Source: Lama guanicoe (Eukaryota). From it: a stretch of 64,000 bases of DNA. The stretch covers positions 7,536,358-7,600,357 of the forward strand of contig MU054187.1 in assembly GCA_013239625.1 (NCBI GenBank). Direction: 5' to 3'. The notes under the pieces were generated by a model. It did no database searches. It was not told the origin of the DNA and saw only the letters and a program-made list of their open reading frames with translations. Shown in pieces: positions 11,126 to 24,093 of the stretch (within the stretch, counting starts at the first letter, position 1; every line of letters begins with the position of its first letter). The translations under genes were made by a program, and so were the position numbers.

Positions 11126-13479
11126 ACTTCATACAGATTAGGAAGAAAGAGGAGAAAAATAGATTAATACCTTGTTTCAGAGGCCCCCCCCCCCGAGTTG
11201 GAGGGGCTGTCCCTCATGCAGGAATCATACGGCAAGACAGGTTTTTGTGCCAAGCATGGCAGGACTGCATTTGTAGGACAAATAAAAAGAGGAAGAGAAA
11301 CGTTGTCTCTCCATATGCAGACATTGCATAACGTTTCCTTCTTGAGTTCTCGAATCCCAGTGAGACAAGTGAGTGTGTGTTTGGGAAGGAGAACTTATGA
11401 ATTAATATTTTTTCCCAGTAGAGAAGCTCACTGACACTTTGAAGTGTTTATTAAAGAGTTGATAATGAGAAAGAAACTTTTTGAACATCATATTAAAAAG
11501 TACCTCCCAAACTGCTTCAATAATTTAACCTTGGAATCACAAGACTCCACTGGAATAGAAAGAACGCATTTCTCTCTCCCCGCACTGTCCCTGGTGTATC
11601 ACATGTGGACTGACAGCAGTGACGGCCTCTTTCTAGGAGTCAGTGGTGAAATGATGCTCTTTTTGTGACCAGTCGAATAATTACTGGAGTTGAAATTTGC
11701 AATCTCGATATCGAATACTTCATAATGACATCAATTTAAACTTAATACTGCTCTTATCTTTTGACAAAAATAAGGTTTAATATGTCTTTTCTCCTAGAGG
11801 GGGTGAAATAAGGAAAGACTTTATTATACAAGATAATTAAAATTCTTCCTGAGGTTAAAAGTGATTTAAAAAGAATCACAACATGAGATAATTAGGCCTT
11901 ATTAGACACTTTATCTGCTTCGCTGAAGTCACTTTTTCCAGGATGATAAAATGTGCCTTTGTCTTTTTTTAGAAAGCTAGACACCAAATTTGGGGAAAAA
12001 ATGATCTTCCCTCCTCCTCGTAGGCTCAGCACATGACTGTGTGAATGGATCTGGGGAAATAATTTAATGACAGGGTTACAGTTTCCAAAAGCTAGACCTT
12101 TATAGAATGTGATGGTTTCCAAGTACTTATTCATTTTTCTAGTGGAATTACATTTTACCCTCTATTTTTAGTTGGTTAATAGAAAATGATATGAATTTGT
12201 GTTTTCTGATTTTTTTTCCCCCCTGACAGGCAGAATAATAACAGATTAGTTTGGGGATGTTTAACAAAATCCTTTTGTTACTTGACAGACTCGTTTACGC
12301 TTTCTTGTGCCATAACAGGTAAGGCAAAGAACGTCAGTGTTTGTATTTTTAAGGTCTAATGAACATATAATAAAGGTTATTACCATAATCGTGCAGTACG
12401 GGATGGTATTTTTTTTAGATGAAAAGTGGTTCAGGCATTTAAAGTGCATGATGTTTTTGTAAGAGGAAGCAGGTGCCCTAGGAGCATGGGAGTTTTGCCA
12501 GAGCCCTAAACTGTACCCCTGCGTGAGGCCTGATTCTGCTTTTCTATTCTGATTTTAGACTCAGTGACGGGGATGCTCTCGCTGCCACCCTTGGCCAGTG
12601 GCTCTTCGCGCTTCCAATGGATTTTAACAGTGTTCCGTGCAACTAACAATAAGTGAGTCAGAGAGTGCTTGTTTGGGCCCATACATTTATATCCAACTTA
12701 TTTTTTAATCTATCGATCAGTGATTGAAAAGAAATTGTTCTACTTTGTCTTTAAGAAAACGTTTCGGTTCTATTTACCGTGACTTGCTATGCAGGTTTTA
12801 GCAAATTGTTTTTTTTTTCCTTCTGAATCATCCTTTCCTCTGGGGATAGGCTAATGTATAGATCGATGCGTCAGGGGCCAAGTATAATATACAAATCTCT
12901 TTGACTGAATGCCAGGTACATAGCATTGTTAAGTCTATTTTAAGGTAAGCTATCTAGAGGGAAGTAGTATGCTTTGATGGATGAATAGCTTCCGTCATGG
13001 TTTTGCAGGGTCTATTGTAAACGATATAAAGGAAATGGTTGCTTTAAAGAGAAACTTAAACAGTAAAGTAGGATGGAATTAAGCCAAATTGTGAGCATCA
13101 AAAATATTCATTAAAGTTTTAAATGTTTTCATATAAGTATACCGTTGCTTGTCAGGCTGAGTGCTACAAACCTGTCTCTTCTCCATCAAGCTGGTAGAAC
13201 CTCTCAGGAAAAGCAGGACATCTCTAGGGGACGAGCATGGGTAAGGGTCAATAAAACAGGTGTGCAAAACGTGAATGTGCAGCTTAAATTATTAATAAGC
13301 AAATGCTCATGTAGCCACTACCCAGGGAAAGAAACAGAACACTTGCCTGCACAGTGGATTTTTGTGCCTTGATTTTGGATGAGCTTAACTTGCTACACAT
13401 TCATGAATCCGAATAATCAGTGGCATCTTTTGGATTTTGCTGTGCATACATATCGTCTGTGAAAAGGACAGTTGGGTTT

Positions 13480-15390
13480 CTTTCTAATCTTTCACCTTTC
13501 ATTCTGTTTTTTGTCTTCCTGCACTGGCTCTAAAACCTCCAGCGTAACGTTGAATAGGAGCAGCAATGCCATTCTTGTCCTCCTCCAATCTCAGAAAGAA
13601 ATGTTCAACATTTCACCATTAAATACAATGCTTGATTTTTTTTTTCGGTCATTTGCTAATATTATCCTGACAGGATGTTGAATTTTATCAGATGCCTTTT
13701 CTGCCTCTGTGCAAACCATCATAATATTTAGTAAGTGCACTAAATTACATTGACTTTTCTAAGGTTAAAACAACTTTGAATTCCTGGGGCACATCAAAGT
13801 TGGTCATATTGTATTATTTCTATGTATAGCTGGATTCAATTTGTTAATATTTTATTTAGAATATTTGAAACTCTGTTCATAGTGAGATTGGCCTGCAGTT
13901 TTTCTTCCTTGTTGAGTTTTGGAATCAAGGTTATCTTGACCTTGTAAAATTACTTGAAAAGTGTCTCCTCTTTTTCTGATCTCTGCAAGATTTCTTGTAA
14001 GACTGGCGTTATTTCTTCCTTTAATATTTAGAACAACTTGCTGGTGAAGCCATTTGGGCCTGGCATTTTCTTCATGGGAATGTTTTATACTCTGTTTATT
14101 TTTATATCAGCCTTTTAAGTTGTATTTTTCTAGTAATTTGTCAATTTCATCTAAATTTTCAAAAATTTTGGTGTAAGGTTATTGTCATTTTTAGTATAAT
14201 TTTCTTTTAAATCCTGATCCCTGACTTCCACAAATTTGTATGTATACTAGTTTTGTTATCCATCAATTATCCATTACTAATTATCTTTATGATTTCTTCT
14301 TTGACCCATTTGTTAATTAGAAGTATATTTCTTATATTAGACCACATGGGGGATTTTTAGAGCATTGTTTGCTTATCAATTTCTAGCTTAATTACATTGT
14401 GATCAGAGGACATACTCTGAAATTTTAATTCTTTATGGTCTAGTATATTGTTATCTCTAAAGCTTTCATATATTTTTGAAAATGAAATATCTTCTGCAAT
14501 TATTGAGTTTGGATGTTCTATATCACCCTGATTCAGGTGTATTAATCATGTTCTTCAAATCTGCTACAACCTGACTGATTTTTGTCTGCTTCTTCTTTTA
14601 AATACTGAGAGAGGTATATTTAATTATGAATTAAACTTTAATTATGAATTAATTTTTCTGTGCATTTCTGCTACTTTTTGTTTTGCTTTGGGGTTATGCT
14701 ATTAGATGAGTATGATTTAGAATTGTTATATCTTCTTGGTAAATTGAACATTTCATCACTATGAAGAAGCTTCTTTATCTTTACTAGTTCCCTTTTCTTT
14801 ACTAGTTCAGTTCTATTTTGTGTGCTAACCCAGCTTTCTTTGGGTTAATGTTTGCATGATGTGTATCTTGTTACATTCTTTTACTTTAAGCCTTTCTGTG
14901 TCTTTATGCTCTACGTATTGCTTTTAAACAGCAGGCATTTTATTTCTAGCTAGCAGACTTTGTCTTTTAATTGAAACTTTTTAATCCAGTTACATTTAAT
15001 GCACTTAACATATCTGAGTTTAAGTCTGCCACCTATTAGCGTTTTGTTTGTTCTGCCTTTTCTCTGATTTTATTTCCTTTCCTTCATTTGAATGGAGTGT
15101 TTTTTCCAAATCATTTGATTTTGTTTTTTTACCACTACCTTATTAATTTGGACATCTGTGCTCGTTTGTTACTCTTTAGTGATTATTCTAGATATCAGTG
15201 AAGTTTCTTGACATCAACTTTTAATGTTAATAAAAACTTCCTTTTCTCCCAGGTATTAAAAAAAATCTTAGATGACTTCCACTCCATTTATCATTTATGT
15301 AACTTTTGTCATATTTTTGTATATTTCATTCTCCCTCATAATATTCTTTAAATTCCATTAACATTATTATTATCGTATACTGTCAAAATG
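13480..15390 (-). mobile_element. Old L1M LINE fragment (ORF2 region, heavily decayed)
   Basis: T-rich antisense L1 text: 'aaaacctccagcgtaacgttgaatagg', 'ctggtgaagccatttgggcctgg', 'gatttcttctttgacccat', 'tactgagagaggtatatt'. Confidence 0.85.
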
Positions 15391-16070
15391 AATATTAATT
15401 AACTATTGAAAAATGCTATGTTCTAAATCTTAGGTTACTATAGCTTTGTTATGGTATTTTTGCACTCTTGTAATTTTCTTTTCCTTTTCTTGTAATCTTT
15501 CTGTCTCCTGTGGTTGTATTTCTTACTTTGCATGACAATGTTGATTTTGAGGCTTCCCCTGGCATTCATTCATTGCAATTTAGGTTATGTTTATGTTATT
15601 TCTGATCTTTACAGTTTTCTATTTTTTGTTACTCTCCTCTGCCTGTGTGTTGGCCACATGTGAAAACAGGTAACTCAGATGCCTCAGGTGTCACATGCTT
15701 GCTACCTGATAACTTGGGCTACTAAGTTCCCTGTCATCTAGTTGTCACCTCAACTTTCTTGGGAGGAAGTTGGCCACCAAGGGGACTCTCCTCTCTGGAA
15801 GCGAAAAATCTCCCTTATCTGGATATCACCAATGTTCTCATTTTAGAACATCCATCTCTACAGTTGCATGGCAGGATTAAAAGAAACACCTGTTATGGGA
15901 CTGTGAGTACTAACTGAAAAGTTTTTTTTTAACTTTTCCTTATAAATATTGTTTAAAACAAACATATGAATAACCCAAGCAAAATTCTGCAAATTACTTT
16001 GTGTCATATAAGCAATCATTGAATGGGACTGTTTGGGGATATCATTTGGAATGATATAAAGAAGCTATGA

Positions 16071-16122
16071 TTTGACACAACATTGTAAAATGACAATTAC
16101 TCAATAAAAAAAAGTTTAAAAA
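16071..16122 (+). mobile_element. Very short L1 3' tail with target-site duplication
   Basis: 'tttgacacaacattgtaaaatgac...caataaaaaaa' flanked by aaagaagctatga (16058-16070) and aaagacgctctga (16123-16135). Confidence 0.8.
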
Positions 16123-18324
16123 AAAGACGCTCTGAGTGGAGATTATAATAAGAGCTTATTATACTGGATCATTAACATCTGTGAGGAGCTTGAACAGTGA
16201 AGTTGTTACTCGTAAAGCATGCTTTAAAATGGTTGAAAAGAAGGGGGGAGCTAAAAACAATGAAAACATTTTATGGAAAAATTCCTGCCTCACCCATATA
16301 ATATAATTTGTCCTCTCAGAGTCAGTTACTAAGAGCCACAAGGAGAGTTGAACTTTTCTCTCTCTCATTTAAATTTGTACATTCACTGTCAAACAAGTTG
16401 AGCAATGATTCAGATGAGCATGATTTTTCTTGCTATTTTATGAAACTCAGCCCATTCTGACTCATTGGGCAATTGCCTGAAAAGAACATATTTATTAGGA
16501 GCCTCACCAACCTGTTTGAAAAGACCTCTAAAAAGTGAAAACTGAGGGAACAGAAAAAAATGTCCCCATGCTGTAACATTTTGATATTATCAATAGTTAC
16601 TGCTGTGGCACAGCTTTCTCTGTTAGAGGAGGGAGGACTTAATTGAAAATTAAATAAGAGGGTCATGATTGACACATGGTTACTGGCACCTACATACTAT
16701 GGCATAGAGTAATAAAGTAACTAAAGATTTTTGCTCCAAATTAATACATATGTATTCATAAGAATCATCAATACCATAAATGGCAGTGAAATTGACATTA
16801 AACGTTGACAAGAGAAATACACTTAATAGAAGTGGCTGGGGAGTGTCGAAATTTCCTACAGAAGAAAGCTGACAAACCTGACTTTGGAAACACAGTTGAG
16901 AACGTGTGGTTAAGGGTAAATTGAGAAGGAAACAGATGTGACATCACCACTGTGGATGGCTGGGCAGGTAGAGTAAGGGAACGATGCATTTCTCATATGG
17001 ATGATCAAGCACGTTCAAGGATGTGATCTGGTGACGGCGGGAAACTTGATCCATGCAGACGTCTGCTGAAAGCCTTACTCTGCTGAAAACACGGTTTTGA
17101 TAAACTCTTCAGTTGCCTTGATGAGACTTTGTTCTTCAAGATGATAGAAATTGTAACATGCAGAACTTTGAGACCAATTCTAGTCAAGGAGGAAGAACTC
17201 TCTGGTGATGCAGAAGTAATAGAAGATATCTCAGATTTTATAATGAGGAAAAAAATTAAGGTAATTCCAGAAATAATCAGACATGTAGGTCCGTGTTGAC
17301 GAAATCAAATTAAAACAAAATCAGAGGAAAATGTAATTCATTGCCGGGTGACTATAGGGAAGAACGTGGCTTAAGATAGGTAGAAGGGCCCCCGAGATAA
17401 AATTTCAGATAGCAAAATACTCACATTCCCCGTGTACCAGGGAAGTTAGAGATGTATAAAGAAATCAGTGTGGCTGCAAAGAAGTCTCTTTGCTGAGTCC
17501 CAATTTTATAAGGAGTCCACTAATGTTGAAAGGCAGTTTACATAACAAGAAGCACAGAGAATGGCAGAAAAACAAAAATGTCAACTTTCTATAGACTTAA
17601 GATGAGTGCTAAAGAAACAGAAAGGTACGGGAGCCAGACGGAGCCCGTTCGGGGAGTGGGTCTGAAGCTGGCCCTGTTTAACTTTATTTCCTAAATATAA
17701 GTGGGAGGGTACATCCTTTAAATATTACTATTCACTAGATGTCCAGGCTTCCCCGCCTCCTCCCCCCTTTATCTGGGTTTATAAAAGTGCTGGAACCTTG
17801 TCGGGGCAATCTGAACAGGTCAAAGAATACCCGGTGACGGATAAGCGTTCCTGTGAACAGTCACTGGTTAAGACACTGGCTGCTCACTGAGGAGTGGTCC
17901 CCAGACCACGGGCAGTCACGGCAGCTGGCGTAGGTCAGAGCCAGCTTGTGCTCACCTTGGAGAAGGCTGGGTAGTCTGTGGCTTAATTGTCATATAACTT
18001 TTGATTCCTCAAGCAAGGTCACTCGTACTAACACGGACCTTTGTTGAAACATCCCTTATTCTTGTCTCCATTGTCTGGTGCTATCTGAGAACACTTCAGT
18101 CTCCCTCTCTCTTTCTCTTCTTTACTTTTTTCCCTCAAATTCCCTCGCCCTACTCTATCCCAATGAAGGCAAGTTATTCTTGGCCTTAGGAGCATTTTTT
18201 TCTCTTTAAATCTCATTGTCTCCACCAGCTTGCCACATATGTCTCCTAAATCAAGGAAGCAAATAGAGGAAAAGTAGGAGAAACTTTTTTTCCCCTCAAA
18301 ATGATCTTGCCTCACTTTAAAAAA

Positions 18325-18770
18325 AATTACACTTTTTAATTTGAGACAATTGTAGATTCACATGCAGTTATAAGAAATGATACAGAGATTCCATTTACCC
18401 TCCACTAGTTACCTCCACTGGTAACATCCTGCAAACTAGCAGCAGAATATCACAACCAGAGTATCGACATTGATCGATCCAGTGATCTTAATTTCTATTT
18501 GTCCAGTGTTGCTTGTACTGACATGTATGTTTAGTTACGTGCAGGTTCATCACTTGTGGGAGCTACCACCACAGTCAAGGCACACAACAGTTCCATGGTG
18601 ACGAAAGTCATTTTGCCCTTTTAATAACCACATTCACTTCCCTCCAGTACTTTGGAAACCATTAATCTGTTCTCCATTTCTAACATTTTACATACTCTTA
18701 TTTTTTTCAAAAATGTTATACAAATGAAATCATTTAGTATGTAATCTTTGGGTTTTTTTTTTTCTCAGAA
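18325..18770 (-). mobile_element. L1MB/MC-type L1 3' UTR fragment
   Basis: 'tttaatttgagacaattgtagattcacatgcagttataagaaatgatacagagatt' and 'aaccattaatctgttctccatttcta'. Confidence 0.8.
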
Positions 18771-18929
18771 ATTTAGTATGCTTTAAGAAATAAGAAAAAA
18801 GAGATAACCTCTATTTTGGGGCTCACAGAAAGAAATAAATGCACATTCCATTTGGCATGTTTTCTTTATTGAAAGTAATATTCAAAGTGGAAAGGCTAGA
18901 ATGGACCATATGCTACCACATGTATATGG

Positions 18930-19410
18930 CCATTTCCAACCTCTATTCTAAGCTCCAAACCCAGATTTACACTTCCTTCTGGAAAGTTCCACATGGATCA
19001 CTTGAAGAAAATTCAGAAGCAACATGTTCAAAATCAAATGTGTCATATGCCATCTTTTCCTCACAAAAAAAGATCCTCTGCTCCACCTATACTTCTTGCC
19101 TTAACTGCAGACACCATAGTCCCTAAAATCACCAATCTTATCTTCATGTTATAGCCAGCATCTCTCACTCCTACCATCTACCTATTTATCACATTGTCAT
19201 TAGCACCTTGATTTGTACCTGCTATAAATACCTCTGGCTTATGCATCTCTGCATTTCTTAGGAAGATTCACAATATCTCATCTAAACTGTTGCAAAGCAT
19301 CTTACCTGCTCTCTATCAGCCCCTCTTCCTTCAATATCTCATTAACCCTGTCGTCAAGATTAACCTTCTACAACAATGATCTGGTCATAGCAGTCCTCTG
19401 ACACTGATCA
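18930..19410 (+). mobile_element. L2 LINE fragment
   Basis: 'ctaagctccaaacccagattta', 'aacatgttcaaaatcaaa', 'atctcatctaaactgttgcaaagcatctt'. Confidence 0.65.
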
Positions 19411-20909
19411 TACTTAGTATAATCTGTAAGCAAACAGACTATTTGATGGTGTCCTGCTTCCAAGAGAGGAAAGTCCTGGAGGAGGCGTCTTTCACAGCCC
19501 CTTTCAGGGGTCACATTCCAGGAGCCCACGTAAGAAGTACCTTTGAAGTCCTGGCCTAGATCACATTTTGCAACTGAAATTGCATTTTAATTACAAACTT
19601 CTCTGAAATTTTAACTATTTCTCATGATTTGTTTATGTAATAGTAGGTATGCAAAGGGGAAGCAGCCAGGACAGACTTCCTTAACAGAGAAGCCTGCAAG
19701 TCTCCTTGAACTCCTTGATCTCTCTCTCTCTCTCTTTTTTTTCTTAAGCTGCCCTCCTGGATGCACTCTAGTGTTTTCTCCAGTGTTATTTAAAGTCATG
19801 GTCTTCTCGTTAGCTCACCGGCCACCAACCCATTTTGGGGCCACAACCATCTTCTTGTAGACAGCTATCTTCTCGTAGACAGCCATCATGTGTGCCTGGT
19901 ATGGGGGAGTTTCCCATCATCATATCTATTTGATTTAAAGGAAATAATATTTGAAGCACAAGCATCCATGTCCCCTTCTCTTTTGTGTTATTATAACATG
20001 ATCTCTTCCACTTTCAAATAGAGCCCTCCATCTTCCTGGAGGGGAGGAGGAGGTAGAAGTGGGGGCTGGGGTGGATGTTGGCAATGCTGCCACTGGAATA
20101 CAAAGAGAAGGCATTAACAATCACCATTTAACACCCAGAAGAAGACTTCACAACAGGATTGCCTTAAAATCTGGGCTTTGTGTAGAGATTTCTTTAGCAT
20201 AGTGACAACCAAGGTTGGTGGTCCTTCATTGGTTATTTTCTCCCGAGTGTAGAGAAAATAAAATCTCACCCAGGAATTCTTCGCCAAGAGACCTGTTCTC
20301 CTAGCCAAAGGATGTTATGGTATAAACACAAGCCCGAGTTTAACCTGAGGGATGATGAGGAAGTAAAAGGAAGTCAGATAAGAGCGAGCAGGGCAGGTAC
20401 CGGGGTTTTAATCAGTCCCAATACTCAGGGTTGAGTTTTGAGGTGGGAGTGGCAGCGGAGGAACTCTCAGGGGGATGTGGTGTGGGTGGAATACATCAGG
20501 CCTTGCGGCGTGTGGTGAGACTCCAGGCACTAGACGTCCAGAAGGAAGACGTCCTGAACAGAACATTTCCAACAGGGCGCAGCGCTATGGCAAACAGCAG
20601 TACTGAAAGGGGTCAGGGCTCTGGTTTCCCCTCTCTAGGTCCCTGAGGGAGGTATGTGCTGGAAAAGATGCGGGAAATCGGGAGAACAGAGTAGGTGGCT
20701 TCAGCAGATTCAACTGGACCATGAATCACGATTGTATCTCTGAAGAGCTCCTTTAATGGGAACTTTTTTTCCCTGGTGTCACTTCCTCTGGGACATTTTT
20801 ATCTTTTTTTTTTTTTGTCACAAGTGTTTTTATCATTCGTGTGGGTAAGTTGTTGGTCTTCACTAAGTTCCTCCAGCTGCGTATCTAGTCTCTCTCTCTT
20901 TTTTTAATT

Positions 20910-20969
20910 ATTTTTTTTTATTGAAGAATAGTCAGTTCACAGTGTTGTGTCAGTTTCTGGTGTACAGCA
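20910..20969 (-). mobile_element. Short young L1 3' tail
   Basis: 'ttttattgaagaatagtcagttcacagtgttgtgtcagtttctggtgtacagca', same family as the element at 10134. Confidence 0.85.
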
Positions 20970-23094
20970 CTCAGAATCTCTTGAAGGGCAGCCATGTCAA
21001 CATTCCCAGTCAGCTGTTTCTTTTAGGGACCTTTGGTTTGAACTTCACTCCCAAGTGTTACCACTTTTTGTTTCTTAGTAGCACTTCCATCTTCATTGGC
21101 CAATTCTCTCTTTCAAGCATCCACTTTCATAAAATTTACCACTAAAAGGCAAGGAGGCAACACCAGTACAAGCTTGTGTGGACTGAATAACAGATGCTCA
21201 GGCACCAATCACCAACAGATTTTGAAGGAGGTGATATGATTGGTTGTTAACCATGAGCGCATCTGTCATTTACATAGTGATTTGTGGACTGAAGAGCTAG
21301 CAATGAAGTTTGCATTTTATGCAGTTACTCAGGTAACCTACTGTGGCAACTGAAACTTGAACTACGTATGGGGGAATTGAGGTTGCTTAATTAAACCTTG
21401 GTAGCTGAAATTAATGCATATTGGAGCCGTGTAAAGAGAGGACTGGTCACAGGTAAAGCAATGCCTTTCTAAGCCCTCACCTTCCTGAGGTCTTAAAATG
21501 TCAGGGTGGCTCAATGTCTTTTTCTTCTTAAATTGAGGTAAACTTTATGTCCTATAAATGCACAGCTCTTGATGGGTTTGAGAAATACATACACTAGTGT
21601 AACTATCCGTTCCATTCATTTCTTGATGCCCCTTTCTGTGTGTGAAGTCTTTCTTTTGGAGTCTGTGTAAATCTGAGTGTTATGATGTGAAAAAATGTAG
21701 ACTGTCTTAAATTGCTAAATATATCTTGTTTTGATAAGCTTGCCTCTTTTCATTTGGGCCAAGTCACCGAACAACAGCTGCAGTGTTAGAGCTACTATAT
21801 CATAAGAAAAAGGTGGTATCTTTTGATTAGATTTCTTGAAAATTGCCACCCACTCCGGCTTCATCCCTGAAATGTAGTTGGTTGGAGTTTCAAACTTAAG
21901 AATCTGGATGAGTTAGCGTTCCTGATGGGTTTTTAATATTATCTCAATGTTCATAACCATGTTTTTATATCTGTGATTTTAAACCTTTTGTCTTGAGGGC
22001 AAAATATCAGAAGGAAACATAAAAGCAAGCAAACTACTGCCATTCAGTTCATTCTCAGAATGACCTGATGTTGCGTCCCGTGGGGAAATCCTGATGCGTC
22101 TCCTGAAAGTGTGCATGGTTCGCCCGGGCTGGGTTACTCTTCCAGCTGTTGTTTACTTTAGGCGTCTCATGGCAGAGGTGCTGGTCTCTGGACTTCTGAA
22201 TGACTGGTCTGGGAGCAGGCGTGGGAGAGCTCTACTTGGAGCCAGTGCAGGAGAGGGTGGCATCGCTGGGACTACTCTCCTTTGGTGAGTTGAATACGTA
22301 TTAATGAATACTTTTTTACCAAGAGAAACAGATCTTGCTGAATAGAAGTGCATAATAGAGCCCTAGGGGGAATCTGGGAAACAGAACTAGAATTACCTCC
22401 CCTCTGCTCATTGCTATACTTAGCAAGGGTTCTTGGAACTAGTCAGGAAGTGATCAGTTTCCTCTCACGTTAACTTCAACCTAGGGCCTATCTGCACTCG
22501 TAATTGGTCTATTGGGATCAAAAAGCTAAGAAGAGTGAAGTGGCTGGGACTTATGAATTTCACTGGTGATTATTTGGTGTCCCTGGATCTACTGAATGCT
22601 GTCTTGGTTGCCTCAAAAGAGGAGCTGGGGCTCCCATTTCACAGGGTTTTAGTTCTTGGCTTGATGGGAAGTTAAAAACTACATTGGTATAGATACTGGG
22701 TGCAAACAAACAAGATGGAATTCAAGAACCAATAATCCTATGTTATAGGTTCATTATTCATTCTTTAGCAAGTAATCCTCTATTTCATCTTATAAACCCA
22801 TTAATTAATCTGTTCGGTTTTTAAAAGGTAACCTTCTATTTTTACCCTATGTTGTAGGTCTGTTGATTAAATAGGCATGTCTTCTAAATCCTATGCTAGT
22901 TTCCTTCCTAACTGATGCCAAGTCTGTGTCCCTGGGGCCAGTATCATACATGATGAGCAACCAGGCTTTAGGTGTTACTCATTCAGTATTGACAATTTTT
23001 ACCTACCATCTTACATTGTAATTTTGTGAATAAAGGTACCTAGGAGTTTGAAATAGTGGCCTTTGACCCAGGGGTAGTTTTCAGTTATCAACTA

Positions 23095-23298
23095 AGTCCC
23101 AAGTAGACCAACCTTTTCTTAAAGGGACACACGGTAAGTGTTTTGGTCTTACTGCCATACAGCCTCTGTCACTGCCACTCAGATCTGCCACTGGCGCACA
23201 AACGCAGCATAAACAAAATGCAAAAGAATGGGTGTGGCTACATTCCCAGAAAACCTTTATTTAGGCTTCTGTCCCGTGCACTATAGTTTTTTAACTAG
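23095..23298 (+). mobile_element. MER58A-like hAT-Charlie MITE
   Basis: 'ttttcttaaaggg...ctctgtcactgccactcagatctgcc...aatgggtgtggctacattcc...aacctttattta'. Confidence 0.8.
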
Positions 23299-23860
23299 AC
23301 TAAGTCACATAAAATCAACACAAACTTCTCATATGGAGACTCACAAAGAAACTGCATTCACTCACGAGCCAGTTGGTGGCATCTTCCCACTTGATTGAAA
23401 ATACGCTAGTGTTCAACGGGCATATGTTTTCCTCTTTGTTCTTCTGATACTGTGAATTGAAACTGCTTCTGGATGAAGAGATGCTTGCTCTTTAGAGTAA
23501 GAGATAAGTATTCTTTACATCACTGGTATGGGGTTTCTTTCCGACGTTAGGTTACAGACAACTGATTTTCCGATCAAATTGTCTTAAAGGATGAATATGC
23601 ATCATTCAACTTATTCAAATTATCATTTTTATCAGATGTCCTCCAACATTTTATTGGTTTATGTCCAATGATCTTTTATCAAATTATTCATTTTTATAGA
23701 GGTGTGTTTTCAATCTATTTTTGAGTTCTCTAAGAAATTATATTGCTAAAAGTTAGATATTTTGTGAATGCCAAATATTATGAGAGGTCCTATAGTGTTT
23801 GAGAAGTTTTTAAAATATGGTGATTTAAGGCATGCCCTATGATATTAAATTCTTGGATCT

Positions 23861-24093
23861 TTATTGATAAGTATGTACCTATTTCCATTTTATTAACTGC
23901 TTTCTGGTTGTTTTTGTAATTAATTTTTGCTCCTTTTTTTTTTTGCTCTCTTTTCTTGTGATTTGATAACTATCTTAAGATTATGTTTGGTTTCCTGTCT
24001 CTTTTTTTGTGTGTATCTAACTATAAGTTTTTGGTTTATGGTTAATGTGAAGTTTATATATAATAATCTCTATATATTTGTGATTATTTTAAA
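23861..24093 (-). mobile_element. Inverted L1 segment (inter-ORF region plus ORF2 start)
   Basis: Minus strand reads A-rich inter-ORF sequence then ATG GAA ATA GGT ACA TAC TTA TCA ATA (MEIGTYLSI, ATG at 23888), resembling the L1 ORF2 N-terminus. Confidence 0.7.

Noticed and set aside
17087..17299. Stop-free stretch reading KHGFDKLFSCLDETLFFKMIEIV...
   Set aside because: Its length is within chance expectation and I recognise no family.
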